A DNA stretch of 62,000 nucleotides from positions 2,799,757 to 2,861,756 of the forward strand of contig MU054187.1 in NCBI GenBank assembly GCA_013239625.1, written 5' to 3'. Under the pieces are notes generated by a model. It was not told the DNA's origin. It saw only the letters and a list, made by a program, of their open reading frames with translations, and did not search any database. The position numbers and the translations under genes were made by a program. The DNA comes from Lama guanicoe. Taxonomy: Eukaryota. This document shows positions 36,301 to 48,600 of this stretch, in pieces; position 1 is the first letter of the stretch; each line of letters opens with the position of its first letter.

Positions 36301-39300
36301 AAATGACTGTAGCACCACTTTGCATTAACGTGGTGTTTTAGCCCAATGCATTATGTATATCTCATTATTTATCTTGTCATTGTATGAACGTTTAAGAAGC
36401 TGGATAGAGTCATGGCCAAGTGAGGGGTAAGATTCTCTCTCATAAATCCAGTAGGAAGAAGCACTTAATAGAATTACAGGCAGAGAGCCCATTTATAGGA
36501 AGTGGTGTAAATATTAAATATGGAGATACCCTGTTGACATGGCCTTCAAGAAAGAATCCTTGGACTACAACAAGTCAGCTGAACTTCACGGCCTTGACTA
36601 ACATTGTCAAGGTTTGGGCTGACTTAAAGAAGTATGTTCTATATGTTATCTGTTAGAATTCTCAGAATCTGGGGAAAAAATTGATACTGAAAGTTGGCAG
36701 AGTAGACTTTCCCTGCTATTGCAGACACCCAGATTGACCAAGAAGTCACTGATCCAGGGAATGTCACCTCCAGTATCATAAATGTCAACATTTGTACAGT
36801 AGATTGTTCCTAGAGAAGTTTACCCTAAAGATGTCATTCCTAAATACACTGAGGCAATTTCCTGTTTTAATAAGAGCAAGAGTGCTGGAGACACTGCCAT
36901 GGATATTTTGTTGGAGCACCATGAATCTTCGGAATCTAAGACAGGGTGGGGAAGCACTAACGTTCCTTCAAAACACAGTTTCTAGTAACACTTCCCCATT
37001 TTCACAAGACAAGAGCCACAAGTTAGAAGGTGACTGGATAAAGAAGATGTGGTATATTTATACCATGGAATATTATTCAGCCATAAAAACCGACAACATA
37101 ACGACATTTGCAGCAACATGGATGCTCCTGGAGAATGTCATTCTAAGTGAAGTAAGCCAGAAAGAGAAAGAAAAATACCATATGAGATTGCTCATATGTG
37201 GAATCTAAAAAAAAAACAAAAAAAACCAAAAACATAAATACAGGACAGAAATAGACTCATAGATATAAAATACAGACTTGTGGTTGCCAAGGGGCTGGAG
37301 GGTGGGAAGAGATAGACTGGGATTTCAAAATTGTAGAATGGATGAGCAAGATTATACTGTACAGCACAGGGAAATATACACAAGATCTTATGGTAACTCA
37401 CAGAGAAAGGAATGTGACAATGAATATATATATGTTCATGTATAATTGAAAAATTGTGCTCTACACTGGAATTTGACACAACATTGTAAAATGATTATAA
37501 ATCAATCAAAAATGTTAAAAAAAAAAAAGAGCCACAAGCTAGAGAAACGGACGTGTCCACCACGAGCCCTTCGGCTTCCCCATCAGGTTTGCGTTGTCCC
37601 CACCTCGGGCTGCACAGGGAGGTGCTCCCGCAGAATTGGTTGCTACAACTCCTCTAAGGCATTTATTTTGACTCAGGTTAATCCTTAGACACCTCAACAA
37701 AGGAAAGACCAAGGGATGCTGCTGTCCAAAGGCTCGTGTTTGTTGAACTGTGTGCGCCAATGGAAATGCTGTTTTGTCCTTACCTTTATCACTACTTCCA
37801 TTTAAAAATGGCTGTACTGTGCCTGGTCCTTGGAAATGAAACACAGGCAACTTGAACTTCTAAATCCTGAGTGCAAATAGCATTCGTGGGCGTACGCTGT
37901 AAAACCGGAGTCGTTGTTCAGCTAGGTTGAAGATACTTATTTCTGAACAAGACACCAAAACAACTTGCTTCCAAATAAAAGGCAGAAAAATAGCGAATAT
38001 TTTCTTCACTTGCATGTATATATATGCTTACTGGATTCTTAAATTTCAGTAAAGTCACATGAAGTCTTGTCTGAATGACATTTTAGTTAGTTTTCCCTTT
38101 GATGAAAGCAATGTACCAGATTAGCAAAGGAATTCCCATTTAGAATCTATAAGAAAAACATCCTGAATGAGTCATTTGATTCATACTGTGGCGTTAAATT
38201 ATTGCTTGGATTCACAGAGCAGTGAATGGATTTAATAGGAATACCATTCATGTGCAACGTGCTGCTAAGAATAAAAAAAAATCACTTTCTGGTGAACTGT
38301 GTAATGCAGAGTAAAAAGATTTGATGAGGCATTGAAGTGGAAACAATAGCAAAACTTAAACTTGCATAGCTGAACATATGGTGAGTTTTCTGAGAAGAAT
38401 CAAGTGATTTTGAGAGGATAGCATCTTTTAAAAATTCTTAATTTCAGTTGGCAGAGAAAACCCGTCGGGTATGTCTGCACCACCCAGCCAAGAGGAGGAA
38501 AGGATTGTTAAGTCAAAAAACCAGCAAGAGATGCCCGCAGAGCCTGAGGCCGGAGGTGTTGCACCTTCTTCCACTGCAGGTTAGGAACACCTGTTATTGC
38601 TTCTTTTGGTTGCTTTGTCTGCGTGGCTTTTTTAGTGGCTGCCTCGGGAAGAACGCCAAATTATTTTTATAATGTAGGTTGCATTATGTCACATAAACTT
38701 GCTTTTAAGATGTTATCTTGCTTTTTTATGCTTGGTTTTATATTGCAAAGAATATGTATATTTTAAAATGTGTTTAGTTCTTTTGGTTCTTTCTCTTGAA
38801 GTCAGTGTTTACTCCAGAACAATACTTGAAAGGAAGGTGGCATTAAATTATCGCCTTGGACCATTACCAACAAAATGTATTGTATGTATATGTTTTGTGA
38901 ATAACAGCAAATTCTCACCAAAGTCTAAGCTACAACAAAAATAGTCTTCGTTTCCCTGCTGTAGAAACTGAGGCATGAATAAAGCACTGTGTGCCTCCCC
39001 GGTCTGAATTTTTAGTTTCTACCTCTTGGTCTGTTTGATTATTTTTCTTGCTCTTAAACATGCTACCTTCTGTCTGACAGAGAAGTGAAATGGATGGTAT
39101 CTGACAAATTCTGGGCATCAGAATCATCTTTGGGCAAAATGAAGTAGTGACCAGTGTTTCTGAACCATTGTTTTTAAACCCACCCTGAGAGAGACAGATA
39201 CAATGTTGTCTCTAAAAAAATTGCTTTTGAACATCAGTGGTTGGGTGTGCTCTCTTCCTTTCAGTTAGTAACAGAAAATAGATTCTCTTGCTGACAAGCC

Positions 39301-42300
39301 TGTGATCCTGCCAACCAGGGAACAGAACTTGACCTTTTGATTTTTGTTGCCGTGGACCAGGCCCCGCTGATACGTCTGTGGAGCAGTGTGACCCGTCACG
39401 CTGCCTGAGAAGCGTGTAGTGAGTTCAGTTTGTTCACAGAGGGAGTTTAATCTTGTGTCAGGACATAATTAGCACCTAAATTTTTTCTGAAGTAAAATTT
39501 TCCTTGGTTGAAAATAGCGTGCTAGCTGAAATTTCTAGGAATTTTTTTATGAGTAGCAAAATGCTGAAGAGAAAATCTACATATTCTATGAAAATTTCCT
39601 CTGGCAAAAACATTAAAAATTTTTTTACCATTGTTAAATTTTTTTTTTGAGTTTAAAGTGCACAGCATGCTGATTGGATGTGTTTATGTGTTGCAGTGTA
39701 ATTGCATCACAGCCTTAGCTAACACCTCCATCACGTCGTGGATTTACTTCTTCTCTGCGAGGAGAATAAATGAGATCTAGTCTCTTAGCAAGTTTGATGT
39801 TTGTAGGGTATAGATTTTATTCAGGGGGACACCTTGAAGGAGTCTGTCGATTAATACAAGGTCTCTATCAAATGTTCTTTCAGCTTGGAATATTTTAAAT
39901 CTCTAATCGACAAAGGCAAGTGCTTGTGTGCTTCTCAAGTGGATAAATTTATGATCTGAGACTAATGGACTTTGGTGCATTTCCAAAAGATCAAGGCATT
40001 AGATTGAATTCATATTTAATTGATAACAGCGCGAACTTTAACATTGTTCTATATTATAGATTATACCATATCATGTTATCAATTTTTGTAGCACGAGTGC
40101 ACTCTGACGATGTATTATGTTTGTGCAAATGTTTTATGTTCGTGAAAATGTTAGAGCAGGAAAAAGAAGTTTTAGAGACTGTCAGCTTGTTCTCAAGAGT
40201 AAATCCAGCAGACCAGCTACACACATGCACACGTACGTGCTTGTGTGTGTGCATCCTGAAGGCTGAGACCAAGTAACCACTAGGCTCCCGACCCCATTCC
40301 AGGGTTCGTTTGTCTGTTCACTGTTCGTTGTTCATCGTTTGTTCGCTGGCCTTGCTGCCTCGGTCTCTCCCTGCTCCAGGCAGCTCACCCTGTTTCAGAT
40401 TGATCTTCCTAATCCTCCGATCTTACCACCACGGACTTCAGCTGCAGTGTGCAACCCGGCGCCTTCCAGGACCTCCACTTCTCCTTTTCCCATGTAGCAT
40501 CTCTCTAATGTCACGGCCAGTGCATGGCATCGTGTGTGGTTCTTCCAGCGTGCCTGCTGTTCCAAGCCTTGGTGTGTGCGGGAGTGCTGTTCCCTGTGCC
40601 TGGAACGCCCTTCCCTTCTTTTCCTGCAGAATCTGACTCATCCTTATGCCTGCAGCGTGCGGTTCCCTCTGTGAAGCCCTTCCGGCCACCTCTCCACAGC
40701 TCTTCAGTCCCCTCTCTCTGCTATGTCTGAGCCTCATGGTGTTAGTATTTCTGTTGTTTTCTGTGTGCGCGTCTGCTTGTTTGAAATCAAGTATCCAGAC
40801 GCCTGCCTTTTCCACAAGACAGTGTGCTCCTCCGGGGTCAGACTCTCATTATTTATCTTTCCATCTTTCAGTCGCTGACTCTAATACTTAGAGGGAAATG
40901 AACCTAACACAATGCCCAGCAAAATAGGAACTACATACATTTTTCTTGAATAAAAATAAATATTTTTGGTGATGACCAGGATAGTGAGTGACAGGTGCGC
41001 ACCTGACGTGCATCCCACTGACCCAGGTCGCCGGGTGCTCTCTGGGGCCCCAATTTGCCATGGGCTTCCATCCCTAGAGGTCTGACTGCACTGCTGTCCC
41101 GTGTCTGGAGAAATTCCAAGCGTGTGTGCGGGGTTCCTGGTGGCCCTTGTCTAGACTGGCGAGAAGAGCAGTCACGTGGCCACACGCAGCATTTGGGTTT
41201 TGAAGGTTAGATTGTGGCATAAAGTTTTGTTGGATCAATCTTTGCGGTCTTTTCCAGGCCAGCTGCCTTTGTTGGTTCATCCACACCCGCCTGCCTGCGT
41301 TTGATGTTTGCTTCTGTGTTACTGCCTGTGCACCTCTGGGCAAACCACTTAGCCTCTGAGTTCCGGCTTGTCCACCTGTTTAATAGGGCACAGTGCGTCT
41401 TAGGACTCGTGTGGGGGTGAGTAAGGTGACGGGATGATGCACGTTAAGCGCTGAGAACAGAGCTCAGCACGAAGTGAGCCGGGGGCTGCCTCTGGGTGAG
41501 TTCCGAGCGCCTCCCCTCCCCTGGCTTGGCGCAGCGCCGGGGCTCCGGGGCCAGACGTCCCGTCTGTCACTTGTGTGATTTGGGCGGGTTGTTTTTTCTT
41601 TTCCTGGGATGGACATCATAGTTTGACTTACTTCATGGGATGAGAAGTGAGCGTGAACCATTCACCACAGAGCCTGCTGCGTAGTAGGAGCTTAATGCAT
41701 GCTGATGATTGTTGTAACTGAAGGGAAAAAAGTGCCTGCAGTTGTAATGACAGAAATGACCCAGGACAGTAAAGAAAAATCAATTTTAAAAAATGAACGC
41801 CAGTTCTTTCCTAGCATTGACAGTTGTGCGGGGGTCACTTTTACTTCAGTTTCTTCCTTGTAGCAGGAGGAGCTGGTTCTTGGCCGGGTCTGTTGTTGTC
41901 ACCGTGCACGCCGTGCTGGTGGGACCCCAAGAGCTGCCTGGGGCTGCCTGCAGTTTCAAGCTGCGGAATTGCAGGTGGGAAGACTCCAGGCTTCCCGTTG
42001 CCCGTTTGGCGTGAGGAAATTTGCCTCGTTTCCTAAGCCTGTAGTGCTTCTACCTGCAAGCGCCAGTGAAGGACTAACGCAAGGTTGCAGGGAAGCCCAG
42101 ACGACCAGTGCAGAGGGGCTTGAGGACGCCGTCGGCCCGCACGCCGCAGGGCCTCCTTCGATGAGGCAACGAGAGCGCAGAGAAGGCAGCGGTGTTAAGC
42201 GGGGCCTCTCGCCACAAGCATCTCTCACAAACGAGGGGAGTCGGGGTTGCGGGCTGCGGGGGCCGCCTGGGAAGCCCTGCCGCTGGGTGGCGCCCGCCCT

Positions 42301-45300
42301 CCCGGACCAGCCTGCCCCCAGGGCCTCAGAAATCATTTGCATTTGTGACAATTCTTCCTTTAGTTCCAAATCCTTTCCCTGCCCTCTTGGGTCCAGTATT
42401 TTTTTTTTCCAGAAATATTTCAGAAAACTTTTCTCTCTCCAATTTGCCATTTTTATGTCTCATTTGAAAATGTGTTTTCATTCCATTTTTCTTCTGTTAT
42501 TATTGCAGTAGTTCCTTCTAAAAATCTGTAAGCCAGGCAGGCAGCTTTATGAAAAACCTGTGGACGCAGGACTGCAAATTCCCGCACGCATCCCTGTCAC
42601 CGTGTGGAGGACGAGTCAGTCTGCAAGGCACGTCAGGTGCTTGCTGTTCTGACTCAGTGTACGGCAGTGGTTGAGTTTCCGTTGACCAGAACCTCGCCGT
42701 GAGGAGACAGGCCCGGATCAACTCCCTGGAGTCGGCGCCTCCCTGGGTCTGGACGTCCCTGGGCTCCGTGTGGAAAGAATTCTGTTGCCTGATGTCGCAT
42801 CTGATGTGCTCCTGATGCCTTTACCCCACAGGAGGAGCCAGACCTTCCCGAACCCGTGAGCCTCTCCCGTCGGAAGACGAGTGGGAGGTGTCAGTGCTGA
42901 CGGGAAGCACTGGGACTCGGGCCCGGGTCACACTCTGGGTGTACGGGGACGAGGGAGTCGCTGGACCAGTCAGTCTCAGCAAGGACGGCCTGGAGCGGCT
43001 CTTCCTCCCAGGACAGGAGGACGCCTTCCGGGTGAGCGGCATTGGCAGTCAGACAGGGTTTTGAACGTTTCAAGGGAATTTCCTTGACACAGAAGGGTGT
43101 GGCTGTGTGTGTGCGTGTGCGTGTGCGTGTTCTATATAAAATAAATCTCTGGTCTAGAGTCCCCGTAAAGATGCTAATGCCTGTTGTAATCATCAAAGGA
43201 AGCATTTCCCCCTTACATATCTTATATAAGCCGGGAAAGCTGTAGAAGAAAACTGCTTTCTTTAAAGACATTTCCTCTTGGGCCGCTGGTTTGACACTGG
43301 CCCCATGACTGTCAGCCTCAAGTCAGACTACAACCAGGTCATAAGCCGGTTAGAGATTCTTCTGGTGAATCCGGCATTTACTTTTAGATGTTGCTCAGCT
43401 GAGCTCTGTGGGTGTGACATCATTTTCCTGGCGTCTTCAGAGGCCGTGCTTTGAAGTTCTGCCAGTGCTCGTTGGAATAGCTCTCTCCTTCGCATCAGAA
43501 CACACCGGGCTGCGTGGGTCTGCGTATTGCTGGTCGCCTCCCCCAGTTCCTCGGGGCTGTGGGTACATTTCAGTTAGGGCCATCCCATTCCACGTCACAT
43601 GTCACCCCCTGCCAGGGGAGTGGGAGGGCTGGATGGTCCCTGGCTCATGGTTAAGGAGCGCAGACATTCTCCCTGGGGAATGGGCCTTTTGTGTCCTAAG
43701 GCCGGGCCGAGAGTAGAGAGTGACCGAGGCCAGCTCAAGTCAGCAGGAAGCCAAGGCCGTGTGAGGCTGCGGTGCCTGGCCACCACCAATGCCTGCGTGG
43801 TTGCTGGGCCTTCAGGCCTGAGCCCGGCACTCGACTCTTGCAGTCATTACATTTTTAGCGAAGAGAAGCCGACACGAAGTCACGAAGGAGCCCCTCGGCC
43901 CAGTGCACAGGCAGGCCTACCTTAGGCAGCACGTCCATTTCAGAAGACTATTTGAAGACAATCGTTTGGAACGCAACATGCATATGTTGTGGGTAGATCC
44001 CTGGGCCCCCACCCTGACAAAGTCTCTGATTACCCACAGTGAGCCCTGCAGTGTAGCTGTGTCATGTGCTGGTGAGTCCCGTCGGGGTTTTTCTGGGGAG
44101 GTTCGCCCAGGGTCCCCTCTTGGAGCCGATGGGGTAGCTTCTGAGTCGTGCTTGCACATTGGAATCACCTGGGAGCTTCTAACACCGCGGACGCCTCCTC
44201 GGTCCACCTGCAGGGATTCTGGTTAATTTTGTCTGGGGCGCAGCCGGGCACTGAGGTTTTGAGGAACTCCCCAGGTGATTCTGAAGTGCAGCCAGGGTTG
44301 AGAAGCCCAGCGCATTAGACTGCAGTTGGGTGAGCTGGACTGGCTTTCCGTGTGTTCATGGTGTGACCTTGAAGGTGTCCCTGCTTTCTCCAGGCCAGGA
44401 TTATTTTTACGTGTAAGGATGGTAGAAATGATACCTGTTTTCTTCTAAAACCCAGCATAGTCTGATGACACAAAGAGGAAATATATATACATTTAAAAAA
44501 CCCTATTGACATACAGAGAATGTAGTAAATTGGTTAAGAACAGAGGTCTTGGAGTTACAGAGACCAGGCTCACATCCAGATCTAACACATTAATTCTGTG
44601 ACCTTGAGCAAATTGCTTATCCTCACTAATCTTTGCTTTCCTTCCTAGTATGGAGGGGGTGGGTGGGTCATGATACCACTTACCCTAACGGCTGGTGAGG
44701 CCAGAGACTGTCGGGGCACGTGTATGGCGTGCCCTGCCCAGGAGGTGGCCGGTGCTCCCGGAGCAGCAGGTGCCACTGCGGCTCCTCCTTCTGTCTCCTG
44801 CGCGGTGGCGTCAGCGTATGTTCTGGCTTCTTGTGAGGTCAGAGCGCTGAGCCCCTACCTCAGCTGCAGGGATCAGGGATGGGTGCGAAAGCCCCAGCCC
44901 CGGGAGTCCAGGGCCTTGTGCCCCTGGGCCAGCAGCACGGCCATCGCCTGGGAGCCTGTTAGACCTGTTAGGCCCCAGACCAGGTCTGCTGAATCAGAGT
45001 CTGCATTTTAACAAGGTCCTCCAGTAGTTCATTTATAAAACTAGTTTTTTTGGCATCCTTTACTTTCTTTTTATTTATTTATTTTTATTGAAGTGTAGCT
45101 GATTTACAATAGTGTGTTAGTTTCAGGTGTACAGCAAAGAGACTCAGTATTTTGGCAGATTATATCCCATTACAGGTTATTGTGAGATAATGGCTGTAAT
45201 TCCCTGTGCTGTACAATATATCCTGTTGCCTGTCTATTTTACACACAGTAGTTTGTGTCTATTGATCTCCTACTCGTAATTTGTCCCTCATCCCTTCCCT

Positions 45301-45563
45301 CTCTCCTTTGGTAACCACAAGTTTGTTTTGTATATCTGTTAGTCTGTTTCTGTTTTGCATGCACATTCATGTGTATTGATTTTTAGATTCCATGTATAAG
45401 TGATATCATATAATATTTATTTTTCTCTGTCTGACTTATTTTACTGAGCATAATATTCTCTAGGTCCATCCTTATTGCTGCAAATGGAAGTATTTCATTC
45501 TTTTTTATGGCTGAGTAATATTCCATTGTGTCTGTCTATCTGCCTGCCTGCCTGCCTGCCTGC

Positions 45564-45627
<64 letters not shown>

Positions 45628-48600
45628 GGATCTATCTATCTATCTATCCACCGCATCTTCTTAATCCAGTCACCAGTTGATGGGCACCTGGGTTGCTTCC
45701 ATGTCTTGGCTATTGTAAATAGTGCTTCTATGAACATTGGGATGCATGTATCTTTTTGAATTAGTGTTTCATTTTTTTCTGAATATATGCCCAGGAATGG
45801 AATTACTGGATCATATGGTAGTTCTATTTTTAGTTTTTTAAGGAATTTACACCAGTTAACATTCCCACCAACAGTGTAGGAAGGTTCCTTTTCCTTCACA
45901 TCCTTTCCAACATTTGTTATTTGTAGACTTTTTCAAGATAGTTATCCTGACTGGTGTGAGGTGATATCTCATTGTGGTTTTGATTTGCATTTCTCTAATA
46001 ATTAGTGATGTTGAGCATCTTTTCTTGTGCCTGTTAGCCATCTGTATGTCTTCTTTGGAAAAATGTCTATTCAAGTCTTATGCCCATTTTTTGATTGGAT
46101 TGTTTGTTTGGTTTTTTTGATATTAAGTTGTATAAGCTGTTTGTATATTTTGAAAATTAGCCCCCTGTCAGCTGCATCATTTGCAGATATTTTCTCCCAT
46201 TCCGTAGGTTGTCTTTATGTTTCATTGATGGTTTCCTTTGCTGTGCAAAAGCTTCTAAGTTTAATTAGATCCCATGTGTTTGTTTTTGTTTTTATTTCTT
46301 TTGCCTTAGGATACTAATCCAAGAAAATATTGCTACAATTTATGTCAAAGAGTGTTCCACCTATGATTTCTTTTAGGAGTTTTATGGTATCAGGTCTTAC
46401 ATTTAGGTCTTTAAAGCATTTTGAGTTTATTTTTGTACATGGTGTGAGGGAATGTTCTAATCTCATTGTTTAATATGCGACTGTCCAGTTTTCCCAGCAC
46501 CTCTTGTTGAAGAGATTTTCTTTTCTCCATTGTATATTGTTGCTGCTTTGTTGAAGATCGACTGTAGGTGTATAGGTTTATTTTTGGGTTCTCTAGTCTG
46601 TTCCATTGATTTACAGCCTGTTTTTGTGCCAGTACCACACTGTTTTGATTACTGTAGGTTTGTAGTATAGTTTGAAGTCTGGGAGGGTTATATGTCCAGC
46701 CTTGTTCTTTTTTCTCAGGATTACTTTGGCAATTGGGGTCTTTTGTGGTTCTATATAGATTTTAGGATTATTTGTTCTAGTTCTGTGAAAAATGTCTTGG
46801 GTATTTTGATAAAGATTGTATTAATCTGTAGATTGCTTTGGGTAGTGGGTCCATTTTAATAATACTAATTCTAATCTAAGATCATGCATATCTTTCCATT
46901 TCTTTGAATTATCTTCAGTTTCCTTTATCAGTATTTTATAACCTTCAGAGTGTAGGTTCTTTCACCTCCTGGGTTATGTTGATTCCTAGGTATTTTATTA
47001 TTTTTTTGATGGAATTTTAAATGGGATTATTTTTTACTTACTCTTTGTGATATTTCATTATTAGTATACACTAATGTTTGAGAAGCGCTGGTTTAGGGCT
47101 AAAGGAGCAATGGGACCGGGGCCTCTGATAGTCTAAGAACCTAAGTTAGGACTAGCTAGCTCATTCCTATTTGCCCTTTCTTCTGTGACAATTGAGTCCC
47201 TTGTTCTTTTTCACCAGCATCATCTACCACTTCTGAATTAGTCTTTCATCCTTCCTTCCTTCCCTCCTTCCTTCCCTCCCTCCTTCCCTCCCTCCTTCCC
47301 TCCCTCCCTCCTTCCTTCCTTCCCTCCCTCCTTCCTTCCCTCCTTCCCTCCCTCCTTCCCTCCTTCCCTCCTTCCCTCCCTCCTTCCCTCCCTCCCTCCT
47401 TCCTTCCCTCCTTCCTTCCTTCCCTCCTTCCCTCCCTCCTTCCTTCCTTCCCTCCTTCCCTCCCTCCTTCCCTCCCTCCTTCTCTCCTTCCTTCCCTCCT
47501 TCCTTCCCTCCTTCCCTCCTTCCTTCCCTCCCTCCTTCCCTCCTTCCTTCCTTCCCTCCTTCATTCGTTCGTTCGTTCCTTCCTTCCCTCCTTCCTTCCT
47601 TCCCTCCTTCATTCGTTCGTTCGTTCGTTCGTTCCTTCCTTCCTTCCTTCCTTCCTTCTTTCCTTCCTTCCTATCCTTAAGTGAGCGTATAGCTGTTTTT
47701 CAGGACAGTGTGGGACTTCTGATCAGACAGGCTTGGGTTTGAATTTTACTTTTGAAGTTTACTGTGTATCCAGCTATGTATCTTCAGACAAATTACTTAA
47801 CCCCTTTAAGCTTCTTTGTCTTTAAAGCAGACTCTTTAAAGAGCCTTACTCTTCACAGGGTTGCTGTGCAGAATGGAAGAGACCATGCATGTCAAGCACT
47901 CACCACCCCCCCACCCCCCACCCCGGCTGGCACACAGCCAAGGTCACCACGTGGCAGTTCCATTCTCCAGAAGTGACAGGCAGACAGGCGTGAAGTCACA
48001 TGTGCTTAGTAACCTGACTGTTCAGTTATCTCTGGTTTTTTTTTTCCACTTAGAATGTGTAAAAAGAGAAAGCTTAGACTTTTGCAGATGGATATTTGGG
48101 ACAATGAAAAGATATCTAAAATTTGGCTTCCCTTTCAGAGAGAAACCAGGCTGAGACTGTGAAAATGTCTTACTTCCTCGGGTGGGAAGAGCCAGCTTCT
48201 GAGCTCCACCACTGAGACCTGCTCTGGGAGTAAGAAAGTGGGAGGAGGCTGTCTGTGGGAGGGTAACAGCTCTCTTTTGCTTCCTCCCAGTCCGTGCCAG
48301 CATAGTCCTTGCTCTGGCGGTGCAGTGTTCCCAGGGCTGCCTAGCCCCGCAGTCCACGGGGAGAGTGATGGTGGCCGTGGTGGTGGGCTCTCAAAAAGAG
48401 AATTTCTAAGTATTGGGAGTGGTAAGGAAGAGGAGTTCCAATGGCTTCTGGGTCACCTGGCCGTCCCAGCTCTGTCAGTGTCCAGTGCACAGGTAGGCAA
48501 CGATCCAAGCCAGACATACCAGGCAAGCGCTTACCTGTTCACATCTCTAGTCTGTTGAGGTGAGTGAACAGCTGGAGTGGGAGCAATGGTAGTGGCTATC

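Noticed and set aside
36792..37208. 138-aa ORF on the + strand
   Set aside because: Chance fusion of intron sequence to the L1 ORF2 C-terminus.
41956..42511. Overlapping 164-aa and 180-aa ORFs
   Set aside because: GC-rich intronic patch with few stops; no recognisable domain and not needed for the exon chain.
47238..47612. 124-aa [11 protein letters not shown] on the - strand
   Set aside because: Translation of a simple repeat.
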